Assembly: GCA_047602405.1 (NCBI GenBank)
Contig: JASGHJ010000002.1
Coordinates: 1,536,001-1,600,000, forward strand
Direction: 5' to 3'
Length of the DNA: 64,000 nt
Origin: Anaeromyxobacteraceae bacterium
Lineage (GTDB): Bacteria > Myxococcota > Myxococcia > Myxococcales > Anaeromyxobacteraceae
Shown: positions 1 through 10,063 of the stretch, piece by piece
How positions within the stretch are numbered: position 1 is the first letter of the stretch
Layout of the letters: every line of letters begins with the position of its first letter
The notes under the pieces: generated by a model
Databases searched by the model: none
Seen by the model: only the letters and a program-made list of their open reading frames with translations
Told to the model about the DNA's origin: nothing
Program-made: the position numbers and the translations under genes

Positions 1-300
1 CGCGAGACCGCGGGCGTCATCTCGAAGGACGAGGTCATGCGCTACCGCGTCCGCGTGACCGTGAAGAACCGCTACGCCGCGCCGGTCGCCGTGCGCCTGC
101 TCGACCTCGTGCCGGTGAGCCGCGACGAGAACGTGAAGGTGGCCGTGCTCGACGGCACCACGAAGGCGACCCGCGAGGACCCCGAGCGCCCCGGCGTCCG
201 GATCCACGAGCTCACGCTGCCGGCGAAGGGCGAGCAGGTGGTGGAGCTGCGCTACGAGGTGCGCTGGCCGCGGGGCTTCCCGGTCCAGGGGCTGGAGTAG
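1..300 (+). CDS. 3' end of DUF4139 (MuiA-like) protein, partial
   Basis: Frame is open from the window start. 'YRVRVTVKNR...VRLLDLVPVSRDENVKV...LTLPAKGEQVVELRYEVRWP' resembles a DUF4139 C-terminus. Confidence 0.7.
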   Translation, partial: RETAGVISKDEVMRYRVRVTVKNRYAAPVAVRLLDLVPVSRDENVKVAVLDGTTKATREDPERPGVRIHELTLPAKGEQVVELRYEVRWPRGFPVQGLE

Positions 301-330
301 GGGCTGTATTGCCGGGGCGCTTCGGCAGCG

Positions 331-369
331 CCCCGCCCCGTCGAGCTGCGCTCGCCGGGGCCCCACCCC
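331..369. repeat. REP-like intergenic hairpin element
   Basis: CCCCGCCCCGTCGAGC..GCTCGCCGGGGCCCCACCCC, nearly identical to 2617-2655; lies between convergent genes. Confidence 0.6.
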
Positions 370-379
370 TGGCAGCGCA

Positions 380-1147
380 CTACAGCGCCGCGCGGTGGAC
401 CCGTGCGCCGTCCTCGGTGCCCACGAAGCCGCCCTCCGGGACGACCTCCCAGCGGGCGGCCTCGCCGATCGCCTCGCTCGCGAGGACGAAGGCATGCTGG
501 GGACCGGCCTCCGCGGCGAGGTGCAGCGTCCGGCCGTGGCGGCAGGCGGCGAGGAGCCGGCCGTCGGAGACCAGCAGGTTCAGCGAGGTCGGCTTCGCGA
601 CGCCCGGGTGGTCGGCGTGGCCGACGACCGCCTCGGTGGTCTCCCGGAAGGCGGCCTGCACGTCGGCGAGCGAGGCCCGGTCGAGGGGCGCACGCGCCCG
701 GAGCGCCGAGAGGAACAGGTAGAAGACGCGCTCCGAGTCGGTGGTCCCGAGGATGAGCGCGCGCAGGTCGGCGTCGATCTCCGCCTCGACGGCCTCGCGG
801 ACCGAGGCCTCCGCGGCGAACCGCGCCACCGTGCCGTTGTGGGCGAACATCCAGCGCCCGTGCACGAAGGGGTGCGTGTTGTCGGGCGCGATGTCGCCGA
901 CGCTCTTCTCCCGCACGTGCGCGAGCACCACCGGCGAGCGGGCCTCCGCGGCGGCGCGGGCGAAGGCGTCGTCCTCGTGCGCGGGCAGGATGCCCCGGCG
1001 AAGCTCGGGCCGGCCGCCGGCATACCAGCCGATGCCCCAGCCATGAGGGTGGCGGTGCGACTGGATGCGCAGCGCGTTCGGGGCCGTGCAGAGCGGGGCG
1101 GCGACGTCGTGGCCCGGGTGGGCGTGCTGGGCGAAGAGGCGGCACAT
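380..1147 (-). CDS. Class II glutamine amidotransferase (YafJ/EgtC-like)
   Basis: N-terminal MCRLF nucleophile; HPHGWG, AHVR, NTHPF, FAHNG, GTTDSE and ASE motifs. Confidence 0.9.
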   Translation of the reverse strand: MCRLFAQHAHPGHDVAAPLCTAPNALRIQSHRHPHGWGIGWYAGGRPELRRGILPAHEDDAFARAAAEARSPVVLAHVREKSVGDIAPDNTHPFVHGRWMFAHNGTVARFAAEASVREAVEAEIDADLRALILGTTDSERVFYLFLSALRARAPLDRASLADVQAAFRETTEAVVGHADHPGVAKPTSLNLLVSDGRLLAACRHGRTLHLAAEAGPQHAFVLASEAIGEAARWEVVPEGGFVGTEDGARVHRAAL

Positions 1148-1169
1148 CGGGGAGGGGGAGTGTAGCAGC

Positions 1170-1703
1170 CTACAGGTCGACCTCGAGGGGCGCCCCGAAC
1201 GCGGCCGGGCGCCCGGCCCCTGCGAGGTCGTACCAGTCGATCCGCACCCGCCGGCCGGCGACCTCCAGCACCGCCGCGGTGCGCGGGAGCGAGAAGCGCC
1301 GCGGCCCGCAGGAGCCCGGGTTCACGAAGAGCCGCCCGTCGACCACCTCGGCGCCGGGCCGGTGCGAGTGGCCGTGGACGACCACCGCGGGGCGGTGGCG
1401 CGCGAGCAGCCTCCGGACCGAGGGGTGGGGCGCCGCGCGCGCGCCGAGGTCGTGCACGACCATCACGGCGAGGCCGCCCACGTCCTCGACGAGCGCCTCC
1501 GGGAGCGAGGAGAGCGGCGGCGAGACGTCGTTGTTGCCCCGCACCGCGCGGACCGGCGCGAGCCGGCGGAGCGCCTCGAGCACCGCGGGCTTCACGACGT
1601 CGCCCGCGTGCAGCACGACCGCGCAGCCGGCGAGGAGCCGGTCCAGCCCGGGATCGTGGAGGCCGTGCGAGTCGGAGACGAGGCCGGTGCGGAGGACGGA
1701 CAC
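1170..1703 (-). CDS. YfcE-family metallophosphoesterase
   Basis: SDSHG, HAGD, VRGNND, HGHSH and NPGS motifs. Confidence 0.9.
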   Translation of the reverse strand: MSVLRTGLVSDSHGLHDPGLDRLLAGCAVVLHAGDVVKPAVLEALRRLAPVRAVRGNNDVSPPLSSLPEALVEDVGGLAVMVVHDLGARAAPHPSVRRLLARHRPAVVVHGHSHRPGAEVVDGRLFVNPGSCGPRRFSLPRTAAVLEVAGRRVRIDWYDLAGAGRPAAFGAPLEVDL

Positions 1704-1760
1704 GCAGCCTCGATCCTAACGCGCGACGGGCGGGGCTGCTGCTAGAGTGCCCGCACCCTC

Positions 1761-2616
1761 ATGTCCGACGCCCTCTTCATCGGCGCCCTGCGCCTCGTCC
1801 CGAAGAACCTCGTCTCCCGCCTCGCCGGCGCGGCGACCCGCTGGCGCGCGCCCGCGTTCATCCGGCACGGCGCGATGCGCGCCTTCGCGGCCCGCTACGG
1901 CATCGACCTCTCCGAGTGCCCGGAGGTGGAGACCTACCGGACGTTCGGCGAGTTCTTCGCCCGCCCGCTCCGGCCCGGCCTGCGCCCGGTGGCGCCCGGG
2001 CAGGACGTGCTCGTCTCTCCGGTCGACGGCACGGTCTCGGAGGCCGGCCTCTCGACCGCCGGGAAGATGCTGCAGGCGAAGGGGATCGACTACTCCGTCG
2101 AGGCGCTCGTCGGCGACGCGGGGCTCGCGAGGCGGCTGGAAGGAGGCGCCTGGACGACCATCTACCTCTCGCCGAAGGACTACCACCGGATCCACTTCCC
2201 GCTCGGCGGCGAGGTGACCGGCTGGCGGTACGTGCCCGGGAAGCTCTGGCCGGTGAACCCCGCCTCGGTGCGCACGGTGCCCGGGCTCTTCACCGTGAAC
2301 GAGCGGCTCGTGACCGTGCTCCGGACGGCGCACGGCCTCTGCGCGGTGGTGGCGGTCGGCGCGACCGTGGTCGGCCGCGTGAAGGCCTACTACGACCCGG
2401 CGGTCCCGATGACCAACACCGCCACCCGCCCCGCGGGCCGCGACTACGAGACCGCCATCCCCGTCGAGAAGGGGCAGGAGCTCGGCGCCTTCGAGATGGG
2501 CTCGACGGTGATCCTGCCTCTTCGAGCCGGGCAGGGTCGCGCTCGACGCCCGCCTCGCGCCCGGGCTGAAGCTCCGGGTGGGCGAGCCGATCGGCACGAG
2601 TGTCGAGGGGGCGTAG
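1761..2616 (+). CDS. psd: Phosphatidylserine decarboxylase (apparent frameshift at ~2517)
   Basis: [22 protein letters not shown] and FEMGST pyruvoyl motif. Removing one C at ~2517 gives ILLFEPG...VGEPIG and TAG at 2614-2616. Confidence 0.9.
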
Positions 2617-2682
2617 CCCCTCCCCGTCGAGCGGAGCTCGCCGGGGCCCCTCCCCGGATCTGCTCCGCTGCGCTTCGCAGGG
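2617..2682. repeat. REP-like element (hairpin plus CCCCGGATCTGCTCCGCTGCGCTTCGCAG)
   Basis: The 29-mer at 2652-2680 is identical to the copies at 18559 and 18651. Confidence 0.75.
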
Positions 2683-2733
2683 CGTCGCCGACCCCGTGCA
2701 GGGCCGCCCGGCCTCTGGTACAACCCGCCGGCC

Positions 2734-3981
2734 ATGAAGATCGCGGGCGTCAAGGGGATGAACGACGTGCTCCCGGGGCAGATCGCCCGGTGGCACGAGA
2801 TGGAGTCGGTCGCGCGCGAGGTGTTCGCGCTCTACGGGTACCGCGAGGTCCGCACGCCCGCCGTCGAGCACGCGGCGCTCTTCGCCCGCGGCGTGGGCGA
2901 GGTGACCGACATCGTCACGAAGGAGATGTACGTCTTCGAGGACAAGGGCGAGGAGCTCCTCGCGCTGCGCCCCGAGGGCACCGCCGGCACGGTCCGTGCC
3001 TTCGTCGAGCACGGCGTGCACGTGGAGGGGCCGCAGAAGTGGTACTACGTCGGCCCGATGTTCCGGCGGGAGCGCCCGCAGAAGGGCCGCTACCGCCAGT
3101 TCCACCAGATCGGCTGCGAGGCCTTCGGCATCGCCGAGCCCCTCATCGACGCCGAGCAGATCGCGATGGTCGCCGACTTCCTCGGGCGGCTCGGGGTCAC
3201 CGCGACCCTGAAGATCAACTCGGTCGGCGACAAGGCCTGCCGGCCGGCGTACCTCGCCGAGCTGAAGGCGTACCTCACCGAGCGCAGGGACCAGCTCTGC
3301 GGCGACTGCAGGGAGCGCATCGAGAAGAACCCGCTGCGGGTCCTCGACTGCAAGGTCGAGTCCTGCCAGCCCATCCTGAACGGCGCGCCGCGGCTGCTGG
3401 ACCGGCTCTGCGACGGCTGCCGCGCCCACCTCGACGCCGTGAAGGGCGGCCTCGACGCGCTCGGCGTGAAGTACGAGGTCCACCCCCGGCTCGTGCGCGG
3501 GCTCGACTACTACGTCCGCACCGCCTACGAGTTCACGAGCGACGCGCTCGGGTCGCAGTCGGCGGTGGCCGGCGGCGGCCGCTACGACGGGCTCGTCGAG
3601 ACCCTCGGCGGCCCGCCCACGCCCGGCATCGGCTTCGGGCTCGGGCAGGAGCGGCTCGCGCTCATCCTCGAGTCCATCGGCCGGGTGCCCCCGGAGCGCA
3701 AGCCGGCCGTGTTCTTCGTCTCGGCCGACGAGGCCGGCGCCCGGGAGGCCCTGAAGCGCGCCTCCGAGCTCCGCCGGGCCGGGGTCGCCTGCGACCTCGA
3801 CCCGCGCGGCGGCAAGATGAAGGCGCAGTTCCGCCAGGCGGAGCGGGTGGGGGCCCGGTACGCGGTCGTGCTCGGCTCGGCCGAGGTGGAGAGCGGCCAG
3901 GCGAAGATGAAGGACGTGGCGAGCCGGGAGGAAATTCCGGTGGTCCTCGCCGACCTCGTGTCCCGTCTCCGCGGCACCTAG
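2734..3981 (+). CDS. hisS: Histidine--tRNA ligase
   Basis: [37 protein letters not shown] and GGGRYDGL motifs. Confidence 0.98.
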   Translation: MKIAGVKGMNDVLPGQIARWHEMESVAREVFALYGYREVRTPAVEHAALFARGVGEVTDIVTKEMYVFEDKGEELLALRPEGTAGTVRAFVEHGVHVEGPQKWYYVGPMFRRERPQKGRYRQFHQIGCEAFGIAEPLIDAEQIAMVADFLGRLGVTATLKINSVGDKACRPAYLAELKAYLTERRDQLCGDCRERIEKNPLRVLDCKVESCQPILNGAPRLLDRLCDGCRAHLDAVKGGLDALGVKYEVHPRLVRGLDYYVRTAYEFTSDALGSQSAVAGGGRYDGLVETLGGPPTPGIGFGLGQERLALILESIGRVPPERKPAVFFVSADEAGAREALKRASELRRAGVACDLDPRGGKMKAQFRQAERVGARYAVVLGSAEVESGQAKMKDVASREEIPVVLADLVSRLRGT

Positions 3982-4026
3982 CCTGGCGGGCGCCCGCCTC
4001 GCGGACGCCCGCCCCCCTGTGCCAGA

Positions 4027-4641
4027 ATGGCGCTCACCATGCGCCTGCTCACCTTCTCCCTCACCGCCCTCCTGACCGTGGCCCTCCCGGCGGCCGCCCT
4101 GGCCGAGGACGAGATCGGCGTGGGCCTGCCCGCGCCCGGCTTCACGGTGAAGACCCTCAACCCGGAGGTCGCGGGCGTGCCGAACGTGTCCCTCGGCCAG
4201 CTCGTCGGCCCGGACGCCGAGGACCCGGGCTCGAAGGTCGTGCTGCTCACCTTCTTCGCCTCCTGGTGCAAGCCGTGCCAGAAGGAGATGCCCTTCCTCA
4301 TCCAGCTCGACCGGATGTACCGGGAGCAGGGCCTCAGGGTCGTGGCGGTGAACATCGACCAGGAGGAGAAGGCCATCGCGCTCGCGAAGCAGCAGATCAC
4401 CGCCGCGGGCGTCCGCTACCCGGTGCTCTCCGACCGCTTCAACTTCCTCGCCCGCCGCTACCTCGGCGACAAGGCGCCGCTGCCCTCGGTCTTCATCATC
4501 GACCGGGAGGGCAACGTGACGAAGATCGAGCGCGGCTACTCGAACGACGCCTCGACCTTCCTGCTCGCCGAGGTCCAGGCGGGCCTGGGGCTGAAGCCGG
4601 CCACGAAGGTGCCGGCCGCCGCCGGGAAGCACGCGCCGTGA
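4027..4641 (+). CDS. TlpA/ResA-family thiol-disulfide oxidoreductase (exported)
   Basis: Signal peptide, [14 protein letters not shown] and [11 protein letters not shown]. The start may be ATG 4039. Confidence 0.85.
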   Translation: MALTMRLLTFSLTALLTVALPAAALAEDEIGVGLPAPGFTVKTLNPEVAGVPNVSLGQLVGPDAEDPGSKVVLLTFFASWCKPCQKEMPFLIQLDRMYREQGLRVVAVNIDQEEKAIALAKQQITAAGVRYPVLSDRFNFLARRYLGDKAPLPSVFIIDREGNVTKIERGYSNDASTFLLAEVQAGLGLKPATKVPAAAGKHAP

Positions 4642-5090
4642 CGCTCGCGGCCCTCGCGCTCGCGGCGCTCGTCGCCGCGGAGGCGGGGGGACCCGCCGGG
4701 AAGCTGGTGCTCGAGGGGCTCGAGGCCCGCGAGGCGCCGAGGCCGCTCGCCGGGCTCGTCGAGCAGCGGCTCTGCCAGGCGCTCGGCGAACACCTCCCCA
4801 GCGCCGAGCTCGTCTGCCCGGAGGACGTCGTGGCGGCCACCGAGATGGCGCGCAACGACGCCATCATGGGCCGGTGCTCGAGCGATGCCTGCCTCGGACG
4901 CGTGGAGGAGATGCGCCGCGCGCCGCGCAAGCTCTCCGCGCGGCTGGCCCGCGACGGGAAGGGCTGGCTCCTCACGCTCGTGCTGCGCACCGACGGCGAG
5001 CCGGAGCCGCGCACCGCGAAGGCCCGCCTCCCCGACGACGCGGACGCAATCCTGTCGCGCGTCCCCGACCTCGTGAACCAGCTCCTCTGA
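4638..5090 (+). CDS. Exported hypothetical protein
   Basis: GTG overlaps the upstream TGA; hydrophobic N-terminus; Cys pair (C-SSDA-C). Confidence 0.65.
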   Translation: MTLAALALAALVAAEAGGPAGKLVLEGLEAREAPRPLAGLVEQRLCQALGEHLPSAELVCPEDVVAATEMARNDAIMGRCSSDACLGRVEEMRRAPRKLSARLARDGKGWLLTLVLRTDGEPEPRTAKARLPDDADAILSRVPDLVNQLL

Positions 5091-5995
5091 TCCGCCTCGT
5101 CGCCATCGCCGGCCCCACCGCCTCGGGCAAGACCGCCCTCGCGATCGCGCTCGCGCGGCGGCTCGACGGCGAGCTGCTGAACGCCGACTCGCAGGCCGTC
5201 TACCGCGGCCTCGAGGTCGGGACGGCGAAGCCCGACGCGGCGGAGCGCGCGGCCGCCCCGCACCACCTCCTCGACCTCGTCGAGCGGGGCGAGGGGATGG
5301 ACGCCGCGCGCTGGGCCTCGCTCGCGGACGCGGCGATCGCGGAGATCGCCGCGCGGGGCCACCTGCCCATCGTGGTCGGCGGCACCGGGCTCTACCTGCG
5401 CGCGCTCCTCCACGGGGTCGTGGCGGCGCCCGGGCGCGACCCCGCGCTCCGGGCGCGGCTCGAGGCCGAGGCCGCCGCGCTCGGCCGGCCGGCGCTGCAC
5501 GCGCGCCTCGCCGCGGTGGACCCCGCCGCGGCGGCGCGCATCGGGCCGAACGATCTCGTCCGGATCGTGCGCGCGCTCGAGATCGCCGCCGGGGGACGCA
5601 CGCAGTCGGAGCTCCACGCCGCGCACGGGTTCGAGGCCGTGCGCTACGACGCGGCGATCCTCGCGCTCGACCCGCCCCGTGACGAGCTCCACCGCCGCAT
5701 CGACGCGCGCGTCGTGGCGATGTTCGACCGGGGGCTGCTCGACGAGGCGAGGGCGCTCGACGCCCGCTTCGGCGAGTCGCTCCCGCCGAAGCTGCCGATC
5801 GGCTACGCCGAGGCGGTCGCGGTCGTGCGCGGCGAGCTCGACCGGGCGGAGGCGATCCGGCGGGTCCAGGCCGCGCACCGACGGTACGCGAAGCGGCAGC
5901 TCACGTGGCTGCGCGGAGAGCGCGGCGTCGAGTGGATCGCGCCGCCGTACGACGCGGACGCCTTGGCGCGGCGCGTCGCCGGCGAGCCCGGCTGA
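5087..5995 (+). CDS. miaA: tRNA dimethylallyltransferase (start uncertain)
   Basis: [28 protein letters not shown] and YAKRQLTW motifs. Confidence 0.95.
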   Translation: MIRLVAIAGPTASGKTALAIALARRLDGELLNADSQAVYRGLEVGTAKPDAAERAAAPHHLLDLVERGEGMDAARWASLADAAIAEIAARGHLPIVVGGTGLYLRALLHGVVAAPGRDPALRARLEAEAAALGRPALHARLAAVDPAAAARIGPNDLVRIVRALEIAAGGRTQSELHAAHGFEAVRYDAAILALDPPRDELHRRIDARVVAMFDRGLLDEARALDARFGESLPPKLPIGYAEAVAVVRGELDRAEAIRRVQAAHRRYAKRQLTWLRGERGVEWIAPPYDADALARRVAGEPG

Positions 5996-6004
5996 CCCTG
6001 GGCT

Positions 6005-6052
6005 CCTGCCAGGGAGGGGCCCCGCGGAGCTCTGCTCCGCGGGGAGGGGCGC
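6005..6052. repeat. REP-like hairpin element (inverted copy)
   Basis: The reverse complement CCCCTCCCCGCGGAGC..GCTCCGCGGGGCCCCTCCC matches 18524-18561. Confidence 0.65.
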
Positions 6053-6112
6053 GCCGAGCGCCCCTCGAAGGCGCAGGGTGCGTCGCGGCAGGCCCCGTGC
6101 TATCCAACCGAC

Positions 6113-7081
6113 GTGTCCCGACCCGCGTTCGCGCTCGAGTTCGAGCGCCCCATCTTCGCCCTCGAAGACAAGATCGCCGAGCTGAAGGAGCTGTCCGGCT
6201 CCGCGCGCATCGACGTCACCGAAGCCGTCGCGAAGCTCGAGCGGCAGGCCAAGAAGCTCCAGGAGAAGACCTTCTCCGAGCTCACGCCCTGGCAGATCGT
6301 CCAGCTCGCCCGGCACCCGGCGCGGCCGTACACGCTCGACTACCTGTCCCGGCTCTTCACCGGGTTCTTCGAGCTCGAGGGCGACCGGCGCTTCGCCGCC
6401 GACCACGCCATCGTCGGCGGCCTCGCGCGCTTCCGCGGCGAGCCGGTGGTGGTGATGGGCCACCAGAAGGGCCGCGGCACGAAGGAGAACATGCTGCGGA
6501 ACTTCGGGATGCCGCGCCCCGAGGGCTACCGCAAGGCGCGCCGCCTCTTCGATCTCGCCGAGCGGTTCCGCCGGCCGCTGGTGGTCTTCATCGACACGCC
6601 CGGCGCGTACCCGGGCATCGGCGCCGAGGAGCGCGGCCAGGCCGAGGCGATCGCGGTCAACCTCGAGGTGATGTCCTCCCTCACCGTGCCGACCGTCTCG
6701 GTCGTGATCGGGGAGGGCGCCTCCGGCGGCGCGCTCGGGCTCGGGGTGACGAACCGGATCCTGATGCTCCAGTACGCCTGGTACAACGTCATCTCACCGG
6801 AGAGCTGCAGCTCCATCCTCTACCGCGACGCCTCGCAGGGGCAGAAGTCCGCCGAGGCGCTGCGGCTCACGGCGCGGGATCTCGCCGGCTTCGGCATCAC
6901 CGACGAGATCGTCCAGGAGCCCGCCGGCGGGGCGCACCGCGACCACGACCTCGCCGCGAAGCTCGTCGGCGACGCGATCGCGCGGCACCTCGCCGACCTC
7001 GGGAAGCTCGGCGGCGAGCAGCTCGTCGCCGATCGCTACCGCAAGTACCGCGCGATGGGCGTGTTCACCTCCGAGGAGTAG
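6113..7081 (+). CDS. accA: Acetyl-CoA carboxylase carboxyltransferase alpha
   Basis: ARHPARPY, RNFGMPRPEGYRKA, DTPGAYPG and EERGQAEAI motifs. Confidence 0.98.
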   Translation: MSRPAFALEFERPIFALEDKIAELKELSGSARIDVTEAVAKLERQAKKLQEKTFSELTPWQIVQLARHPARPYTLDYLSRLFTGFFELEGDRRFAADHAIVGGLARFRGEPVVVMGHQKGRGTKENMLRNFGMPRPEGYRKARRLFDLAERFRRPLVVFIDTPGAYPGIGAEERGQAEAIAVNLEVMSSLTVPTVSVVIGEGASGGALGLGVTNRILMLQYAWYNVISPESCSSILYRDASQGQKSAEALRLTARDLAGFGITDEIVQEPAGGAHRDHDLAAKLVGDAIARHLADLGKLGGEQLVADRYRKYRAMGVFTSEE

Positions 7082-7090
7082 CCCGGCGCC

Positions 7091-7543
7091 TCACGGCAGC
7101 GGGATCCGCTCCTCCGGCGCGCCCTTCGGCCCCGCCCGCAGCACGGCGAGGGAACCCTCCCGCGGCCCGAAGGCGCGCACGGCGCCCTCCACGGCCGCCC
7201 AGGCCCTGCGCGCGTCGGGTGCGTCGATCTCGATCACGCAGACGCCGCCCTCCCAGCGGTCGCGGGCGACGGTGCCGGCGCCGCGCTCGGCGAGGAGCCC
7301 GAGCAGGTCCTCCTCGAGCGCGCGGATGCGGTCGCGCTCGGCCTCGGTGCCGTGCGGTCGGCTCGAGAGCGCGAGGTGGAGGCGCAGCTCCTGGGCCCCG
7401 GCCTGCGGCGGCTGCGTCCCGGCCTGCGGCGGCTGCGTCCCGGCCTGCGGCGGCTGGGCGTCGCCGGCCCGCGCCGCCGCCGCCCCCAGGGCGGCCTCGA
7501 CCGTCAGGACGAGGCAAGTCGCGCGGACGAGGGAGGCGAGCAC
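7091..7543 (-). CDS. Hypothetical exported protein (start uncertain)
   Basis: Hydrophobic leader, QPPQAGT repeats, then a small alpha/beta-like domain. Confidence 0.5.
   Translation of the reverse strand: MLASLVRATCLVLTVEAALGAAAARAGDAQPPQAGTQPPQAGTQPPQAGAQELRLHLALSSRPHGTEAERDRIRALEEDLLGLLAERGAGTVARDRWEGGVCVIEIDAPDARRAWAAVEGAVRAFGPREGSLAVLRAGPKGAPEERIPLP
7397..7456. repeat. 21-bp in-frame tandem repeat, about 3 copies
   Basis: GGCCTGCGGCGGCTGCGTCCC units encoding QPPQAGT on the minus strand. Confidence 0.85.
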
Positions 7544-7622
7544 GGACCCATCATGACATCGGGCCAGGCCGGGCGCACCGGCCGTCCCCACCGGAGCGGC
7601 TCCGCGGTATAACCGCCCGGCC

Positions 7623-8718
7623 ATGCCGCTCGTCCCCGCCCACGTCAAGTCCCTGCAGCCGTACGTCCCGGGCAAGCCCATCGAGGAGGTCGAGCGCGAG
7701 TACGGGCTCACCGACGTCGCGAAGCTCGCGTCGAACGAGAACGTGCTCGGTCCGTCGCCGAAGGCGATGGCGGCGGCGCGCGAGGCGATCGCGAAGGTCC
7801 ACCTCTACCCCGACGGCGCGGCCTTCCTGCTGCGGACCGCGCTCGCCCGGAAGCTCGGGGTCGGGCCCGCGGAGGTGTTCGTCGGGAACGGCTCGAACGA
7901 GCTCATCGAGCTCATCGTGAAGACGTTCGTGCTCGAGGGCGAGGAGGTGCTCACCTCCGCGCAGACCTTCATCGCCTACAAGCTCGCGGCCCAGGCGCAC
8001 GGCAAGACGCTCGTCGAGGCGCCGATGAAGGGGCGCTTCCACTACGACCTCGACGCGCTCAAGAAGCTCATGAGCCGGCGCACGAAGGTCGTGTTCCTCG
8101 CGAACCCGGACAACCCGACCGGCAGCACGTTCCCGGAGGGCGACCTCGTCACGTTCCTCGACGGCGTGCCGAAGGAGACGCTCGTCGTCCTGGACGAGGC
8201 CTACCAGGAGTTCGTCGACGGGGGCGGCTACCAGGACGCGCTCGCGCTCCGGAAGAAGTACACGAACCTCGTGGTGCTCCGGACCTTCTCCAGAATCCAC
8301 GGGCTCGCGGGCCTGCGGCTCGGCTACGGCGTCGCCCGGGAGGAGCTCGTCGAGTACCTCGACCGCGTGCGCGCGCCCTTCAACGTGAACCTCGTCGCGC
8401 AGGCCGCGGGCGTCGCCGCGCTCTCCGACGAGGAGCACGTCGCCCGGAGCCGGGCGCTCGTGCTCGCCGAGCGGCCGTTCCTCTTCGAGGGGCTGCGCGC
8501 GCTCGGGGCCACCGCCGTGCCGTCGCAGGGCAACTTCGTGCTCGCCGACTTCCCGGGCCATCCGGCGAAGGAGCTGCTTCGAGGCGCTCCTGCGCCGCGG
8601 GGTGGTCGTGCGGCCGATGCACGGCTACGGCTTCCCGAACGCCCAGCGCATCACGGTGGGGCGGCGCCCGGACAACGAGCGCTGCCTCGCGGCGCTGGCG
8701 GCGGTGCTGGGAGCGTGA
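7623..8718 (+). CDS. hisC: Histidinol-phosphate aminotransferase (apparent frameshift at ~8576)
   Basis: YVPGKP, KLASNEN, GNGSNELI, ANPDNPTG, DEAY and GLAGLRLGY motifs. The C-terminus (RGVVVRP..QRITVG) is in the shifted frame. Confidence 0.93.
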
Positions 8719-9419
8719 CCGTGCCCGGACGCCCGATCATCGTGGCCATCGACGGCCCCGCCGGCGCGGGCAAGTCGTCGACCTCCCGGCTGCTGGCCAC
8801 CCGGCTCGGCTACGCCATGGTCGACACCGGCGCGATCTACCGGACGGTGGCGCTCGCCGCGTCGCGCGCCGGGATCGCGCTCGACGACGACCCGCGCCTC
8901 GGTGAGCTCCTCCCGCGGGTCCTGATCCGGTTCACGCCGCGCCCGGGCGGCGGGCAGCGCGTGCTGCTCGGCGAGGAGGACGTGTCCGAGGCGATCCGCA
9001 CGCCGCCCATGTCGCTCGGCGCGAGCGCGGTGTCGGCCCGGCCGGTCGTGCGCGCAGGGCTCCTCGAGCTGCAGCGACGTCTCGCGACCGCGCCGGACAA
9101 CGCGGGGGCCGTGCTCGAGGGGCGCGACATCGGCACGGTCGTCTTCCCCGACGCCGACGCCAAGTTCTTCCTCACCGCCGCGCCCGAGGTCCGGGCCCGC
9201 CGCCGCTTCGCGGAGCTCCAGGCGAAGGGCGACCCGTCGACCTTCGAGCAGGTGCTCGCCGATCAGCTGAAGCGGGACCGGGACGACTCCTCGCGCGCGG
9301 TCGCGCCGCTCGTGCCCGCGGCCGACGCGGAGGTGATCGACACGGGCGGCCGCACGCTCGAGGACGTCGTGGAGGCGCTCGCCGAGCGGGTGCGCCGCCG
9401 CGCGGGGGCCCGCGGGTGA
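8715..9419 (+). CDS. cmk: Cytidylate kinase
   Basis: IDGPAGAGKS, DTGAIYR, EGRDIGTVVFPDA and RDRDDSSR motifs. Confidence 0.96.
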   Translation: MTVPGRPIIVAIDGPAGAGKSSTSRLLATRLGYAMVDTGAIYRTVALAASRAGIALDDDPRLGELLPRVLIRFTPRPGGGQRVLLGEEDVSEAIRTPPMSLGASAVSARPVVRAGLLELQRRLATAPDNAGAVLEGRDIGTVVFPDADAKFFLTAAPEVRARRRFAELQAKGDPSTFEQVLADQLKRDRDDSSRAVAPLVPAADAEVIDTGGRTLEDVVEALAERVRRRAGARG

Positions 9420-10063
9420 CCGAGGGGGGCTACCCGCCGCGCTCCTGCGGCAACTGCCGCCTCTGGCGGCCGGTGCTCGAGGACGACCGCGGCCCCATCG
9501 GCCCCTGCCGGCTCGAGGTCCGCACCGGCAACTTCGCCGGCACCGCCCCCGCCTGCGAGCGGTTCCTGTCCCGCGCCGCCGCCATCCCGGCCGCCGTGCC
9601 CGAGGCGCCGGAGCGCCACCGGGCGCCGCGCCCGGCGGGCCTGCGCGTGCGGCGCGCGGACGAGCCCGAGCTGCCGCTCCCGACCCACGGTCCCCTTCCG
9701 GAGGAGCTGACGGACATGACCCGCGAAGAGTTCGCACAGGCGATCCGCGAGGCGCTGCTCGAGGACACGAAGCCCGTCCCGCTCGCGCCCAAGTGGGAGG
9801 GCGGCTCGGTGGTGCTGAAGCCCGGGGACCCCGGGACGCAGCCGAAGGAGATCCCGCTCGACAGCCTGTTCCACAAGATCGTGATGATCCGGGACCGGCT
9901 GCGCGTGCTCGAGCAGAAGGTGAACGGCCACGACAAGATGTCGGACGCCGAGAAGGTCGAGCTCCAGCAGTACGTGACCCGCTGCTACGGCTCGCTCACG
10001 ACCTTCAACGTGCTCTTCCGCGACGAGCGGGACCGGTTCGTCGGCGAGAAGGGCGACAAGTAG
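9416..10063 (+). CDS. Conserved hypothetical protein with N-terminal Cys4 finger
   Basis: CGNC...C...C, then FHKIVMIRDRLRVLEQK..YVTRCYGSLTTFNVLF; strong codon bias. Confidence 0.75.
   Translation: MTEGGYPPRSCGNCRLWRPVLEDDRGPIGPCRLEVRTGNFAGTAPACERFLSRAAAIPAAVPEAPERHRAPRPAGLRVRRADEPELPLPTHGPLPEELTDMTREEFAQAIREALLEDTKPVPLAPKWEGGSVVLKPGDPGTQPKEIPLDSLFHKIVMIRDRLRVLEQKVNGHDKMSDAEKVELQQYVTRCYGSLTTFNVLFRDERDRFVGEKGDK

Noticed and set aside
1761..5090. 1109-aa ORF as a giant Psd fusion
   Set aside because: Artefact of the ~2517 indel reading off-frame across hisS and the TlpA-family gene.
7623..9419. HisC-Cmk fusion
   Set aside because: The true HisC C-terminus and stop are in the shifted frame, and cmk has its own GTG at 8715.
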